DNA from: Zancudomyces culisetae HAW-14-8
Lineage: Eukaryota > Fungi > Kickxellomycota
DNA length: 64,000 bases
Assembly (NCBI GenBank): GCA_052426225.1
Contig: JBNJNM010000008.1
Span: 1,674,001 to 1,738,000, forward strand
Direction: 5' to 3'
Shown: piece after piece, positions 59,447-64,000 of the stretch
Numbering within the stretch: the first letter of the stretch is position 1
How the letters are laid out: every line of letters begins with the position of its first letter
The notes under the pieces: generated by a model
The model's input: only the letters and a program-made list of their open reading frames with translations
Databases searched by the model: none
What the model was told of the DNA's origin: nothing
Program-made: the position numbers and the translations under genes

Positions 59447-61166
59447 TTCACAGAGGAAAAAAAACATCTAATCAAAAAATTTTAGTAAATTCAACTAGTA
59501 AAATATTACTACATTAAAGTTATGTAACCAAACAATAAAGAAAAGCTGCTTGGGCTTTGCTAATTAAAACCTGGGATAGCCTTGAATTGTCAAGATGAAG
59601 AGTCAAAAATTTGCTGATGATGGGGCGATAACGACTTGTTCATGTATTTGAGCAGTTAAAAATTGCTTTGGTGCTCTGTTTCGCATAATTTGTAAATATA
59701 ATAAGGTAGAGGATCTCACACAGGTTACACTGCAATGTGGTGGGACAAAAACTATTGAAATGTGAATTATCGTTTTTTTTATGACGAATTTGATCTAAAA
59801 GTCCGAAAAAGTAGATATATTGAAGAGAATTTAATTTGATTGGAACGAAATAGCTTCGATAGCAAATATAAAACATCATGTAGAAGCATCGAGGTTGCTG
59901 AGTGTCACAGGAACATGAAACATATTAGAGAAGGATCAGCTTCAGTATTATTGAATAAGACACTAGCTAGCTACAAACACTTTAAACTTCGGAAAGGGTA
60001 TATCAAATTCAATTATACAGACAAACGAAAAAAAGAGGATAGCAGATGGTTCGATTTTTGAACCAGAGTGAGTGCCCGCACTCCATACATTCAAAAACGG
60101 ATGATGATATCGCACACTTATGTTGTTCCCCAACCTTTTCTAAATTTTTTTCTGTATAAAAAAATATAGGTAATTGAAAGTTCATGCAACACTAAACTAT
60201 ATTGGTACCTGAGAACAATAGTAACTATATAGAAATAGCCACTACACCACTAGAGAATAGTTGAAACACACAATAAACACACATGCATATAAAATTGCAT
60301 ATATTATGTACTATTGTACTATACTGCGGAAAGTAGGAGCAACACGGCTCTTGTTTCTTACACAAATTTATGGGGATAATAACAATAAGCGAATTGATGT
60401 GACGAGATCATACAAACATCATCCTATCTCCGCCTATTTCATTGACAAAAATAGCATAAAAGTTGTTTATCGCACTTTCCCGGGTGCTAAATAGTTATAT
60501 AGAGATACAAAGGGCAATATTTGATCGTATAGCCCACTTTTTATGTATTTTTATGTTTGTTAACACACATTTTTTCATGTGCCCATTAAAGAAAACGAAC
60601 ATATTTTAACAGCTTATTAAACAAATCTCTGTTCAATACCTTGATCGTACGACATTTTTGAAAAGATATTTAGTTTCATCACCAAACCCGTATTATTGTC
60701 ATATCATCTATTCATTCTTGATTTGCAGACTCCACAACTTCACACATCCCCCTCTCTGCCTGAACGGTGTGCATAAAATTTTTTTGTTTGAAATAAATTC
60801 CATATCTAAATGACTCTTTTACCCCTTTTTTTAGCTAAAAAAAAGTTGGGTAACTCTCCAATTTTCCCAATGATATGAATCATCCAAATGAATTTCGAAT
60901 CAAGCTGCCCACCAATCATTTCTTAGAATTTCTAAAATTTTATCATATTGTTTTATCTTTGCCCCGCAATAGATGATAGGCGATTCTAGAAAAATGCCGT
61001 TAGTTTGTAAAATAGAAAAAAATCTATAAATACTAGTTCGATTTCCCATATCACAAGTTCAATATAGTGTGTATTTTATTTATTTAGAGCACTTTGGTTT
61101 ATTGTTTTTTTTACACCGCAGAAGAAAAAATAGAGCGTTACTCTGTCTACTAGCCCAATTATAAAG

Positions 61167-62789
61167 ATGTTTACAAACGACCCAGGACTTCCTAGCAAGA
61201 ACCCAACACGATCAGTTTGGCTAGATGAAAACCCACTCAAGAATTACAAGAGCTCTGAAAAGCCACCTAAATTTACTGATATTGTGGTAATTGGCTCAGG
61301 ATTTTCCGGTGCCTCAATCTCATACCACCTTCTTGTCGATCCTAGAACCAAGATCAATAAAGATGCGAGAAATCCTGCCTCTCACCTAACCGTTACTATG
61401 CTTGAGGCTAGAGAGCCTTGTGGAGGAGCCACGGGAAGAAATGGTGGGCACTTGATACCATCCAATCACCGCGATTTCATTGAAGACTGCAAGGGTGGCA
61501 AAGTACAAGAAGAGTTTGCTGTTTCAAATCGATTGTTCGAGCAAATAGGTGCACTTGAAGTGAAGAAGTTTATTGAGGATTCTGAAATTGACTGTGAGTT
61601 TAGATTTAGAGGAAATCTTCAGGTATACGAAGACAAAAAGGAATTTGAAGAGGACTTGGTATCGCTTAAAGAGGCAAGAAAATGGGGAATAGGCGGTCAA
61701 CAGATTTACTCGCACGAAGATTTGGTTAAAGAGTTTGGACCCAATGACTTTGTCGGAGGAATAAAAATCCCGGGAGGACAAGTTTTTCCAGCCAAACTAA
61801 TCTGGCATATGATCACCAAGTCAATCGAACAAGGGCTGTTGTTGTATTCTAATACACCAGTTACTAAAATTGATCTGGCTTCACCTGCTGAGGTCATTGG
61901 TTTAGCATTAACAAATAAACCAAGACCACAGGGTTCACAAAATGTTTGGAAAGTGACAACCGAGAATGGGGACATAATCTATACACACAACGTAGTACAT
62001 GCTACAAACGCGTATGTTTCTCATCTACTGAAGGAATTCCGCTCGCACGTATTCCCTGTTAGAGCACAAGTCATCTCTCCTGCACCCCAATACTGTACCA
62101 ACCTGTTTGACTATGGTCTAAGCTTAAGATATGGTTTGGAATATGCCATTCAGAGGGATTATCCTAAAGGAAGATTAATCTTTGGTGGGCGTCGTACATC
62201 CTCAAAAACACTTGAAGTGGATACCGCCAACGACGCTGAATTAAACCCCGACCTGTGCCGTGATCTTAGAAACGATTTGAAAACACCACAGCTCGGAAAT
62301 ATAGGCAATCATCCAGAAATTGAGTACGACCTTAGAGAATGGACTGGAATCATGGGCTTTTCTGACGATGTCTACCCTTATGTTGGTCAGCTATTAGGTC
62401 AAGATGGAGCGCTTGTGGGAGGACAATATGCTTCCGTTGGATTTTCAGGACATGGAATGCCAAAGTGCTTTAGATGCGGCCGTGAAGTCGCACGTCTTAT
62501 TTCTGAGTCTTACATCGCTCCTTCCGATGCAGTGGCGATTAGAAATAACTCCAGCTCTGTAAAGAACACAGATTATGAATATCTGCGTCAAATGGCTGAG
62601 TTTTCTGACCAAAAGGCTACAAAGAAACTGGACACCAGTGTTTGGCAACCAGTTGGAGTCCATGATATAGATACTTGGGACTACCCACTTCCAAATGCCT
62701 TTAAAATTACACCAGAAAGAATGAGCTCTGTTAACTCGGCGAACTGGGCAAACAGAACCCTGATTGCTATCCCCGATTCAAAATTGTAG
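61167..62789 (+). CDS. FAD-dependent oxidoreductase (DAO/PuuB-like family)
   Basis: VVIGSGFSG, LEAREPCGGATGRNGGH, VVHATNAY, WTGIMGFSDD and GFSGHGMP motifs. Confidence 0.9.
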   Translation: MFTNDPGLPSKNPTRSVWLDENPLKNYKSSEKPPKFTDIVVIGSGFSGASISYHLLVDPRTKINKDARNPASHLTVTMLEAREPCGGATGRNGGHLIPSNHRDFIEDCKGGKVQEEFAVSNRLFEQIGALEVKKFIEDSEIDCEFRFRGNLQVYEDKKEFEEDLVSLKEARKWGIGGQQIYSHEDLVKEFGPNDFVGGIKIPGGQVFPAKLIWHMITKSIEQGLLLYSNTPVTKIDLASPAEVIGLALTNKPRPQGSQNVWKVTTENGDIIYTHNVVHATNAYVSHLLKEFRSHVFPVRAQVISPAPQYCTNLFDYGLSLRYGLEYAIQRDYPKGRLIFGGRRTSSKTLEVDTANDAELNPDLCRDLRNDLKTPQLGNIGNHPEIEYDLREWTGIMGFSDDVYPYVGQLLGQDGALVGGQYASVGFSGHGMPKCFRCGREVARLISESYIAPSDAVAIRNNSSSVKNTDYEYLRQMAEFSDQKATKKLDTSVWQPVGVHDIDTWDYPLPNAFKITPERMSSVNSANWANRTLIAIPDSKL

Positions 62790-63061
62790 TTTTTTTTTTC
62801 TCATGCAACCCTCTCTTTTTTTTCTCGTTTGGTCCACTACTCCTACTTATTTCTCTACAAATAACATAAACAGATGAAATAAGCATAGACTTTTTACTCG
62901 CAAATAACATAAATTATATATCACCTCCCCCCCCCAACCTCCTTGTGCACAGACGTCGGTTTTTTTATTTACAGTGTGTGTATTATAATGCGTTTGTTGG
63001 TTACACTTCATTTTCATTTTCTCCCATTTTTTGCAAATAAGAATAGTATACCCCCCAGAAA

Positions 63062-63132
63062 CGAACTCCTTAAACCAAACCTGGTGGGTATAAAACCTAA
63101 AAGATATTGAGTGTGTTTGGTTAGGCAGCTAC
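63062..63132 (+). mobile_element. Degenerate B-like LINE 3'-end relic
   Basis: actccttaaaccaaacctggtgggtat...ttggttagg matches B acctccttaaaccaacgcccggtgggtat...ttggttagg. Confidence 0.6.
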
Positions 63133-64000
63133 AATTTGAAAAATAATTGTAGCATTTTCGTAATTTTCTACTTTATAAGTCCGGCATGTAAAAAAACTAA
63201 TGATTAGACATGGGACAGTATTTTTCCCTCCCTGTTGGTTTTGGATGCCAAAGTATACTTTTCTCAGGACTTCAAAGCGGTGGAGAAAAGTTGAGTAACT
63301 AAAAAATATGGCAGTATACACAACATGCTATTGTGAAACAAAAATTGCGTATATATGCATACTAGTAGCTGGCTTGTCACAAAGGAATGTGTTAACGCCA
63401 GTAAAACCGCCACACTTATATAGAGAGAACCTGCGTTTGTTAGTGGCTGTATTCCCAATTAGGGGTTTTTCAGGGATTACTGCAATTAGTGTTGAATCAA
63501 CCTATAAAGTAAGTACAGTTATCGGTATTTATAAGGGTGTTGAGAGGAGCAAACTAAAAGCAATTCTGGTAACCCAAGAAAATGTGAATAACTACTTTTG
63601 GTTGACAACCAAGTAGCCAATATTGTATATTATTTCAAAAATATCTAGGAATAAGAAAAACTTCGAGTGGTTGGTGGAAGGTGATTCTATAGAAATGTTA
63701 ATATAAGTTCATCCAACAAGTTCTGATATGGAGAGGAAGAGAAAAAAGAGGGGGTCTAAAGGCGATTGAAACTTAAGAGTGTATGCACAAACACGCGAGA
63801 CTGCATTTTATTTGACAACGAAAACCTTGAAGATACATAAGGTGAATTAGTAGAACCACATCTATTGGTATAGGTGAGGTGAGAACAAAAGCGGAAGAGG
63901 AGGAAGGGTTAAAAAAAATGGTTCGATATTTCCTAACTATACCACGAATACAGTCAAGAGGTATTTCTAAACTCATGTTTTAGGAGATTGAGTATTAAAT

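Noticed and set aside
63660-64000. Purine-rich stretch as a decayed LINE RT
   Set aside because: No convincing motif could be recovered by eye.

Overview
AT-rich, gene-dense eukaryotic DNA with short GT-AG introns. It looks fungal, and the gene set plus an ankyrin gene and a chitin-binding gene suggest an early-diverging fungus such as Kickxellomycotina/Harpellales (inference). Housekeeping genes found: RUS1-like, LIN1/CD2BP2, PRP19, RPL4, aminoacylase, WDR5/SWD3, ATP18, mS34-like, RPS28, HSE1, MAS2, GT25-like, anoctamin/IST2, RPS8 and an FAD oxidoreductase. An accessory zone at about 12-26 kb holds decaying genes. The main finding concerns two related L1-like non-LTR retrotransposon families, a young family 'A' and an older family 'B'. 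They form head-to-tail stacks starting about 130-220 bp downstream of, and in the same orientation as, all three cytosolic ribosomal-protein genes (RPL4, RPS28, RPS8). Fainter relics sit at a similar distance behind other genes. One intact 5,983-bp element is nested inside an older copy of itself with a 16-bp target-site duplication (TSD). The pattern suggests a LINE lineage that repeatedly integrates in the region just past the 3' end of Pol II genes.
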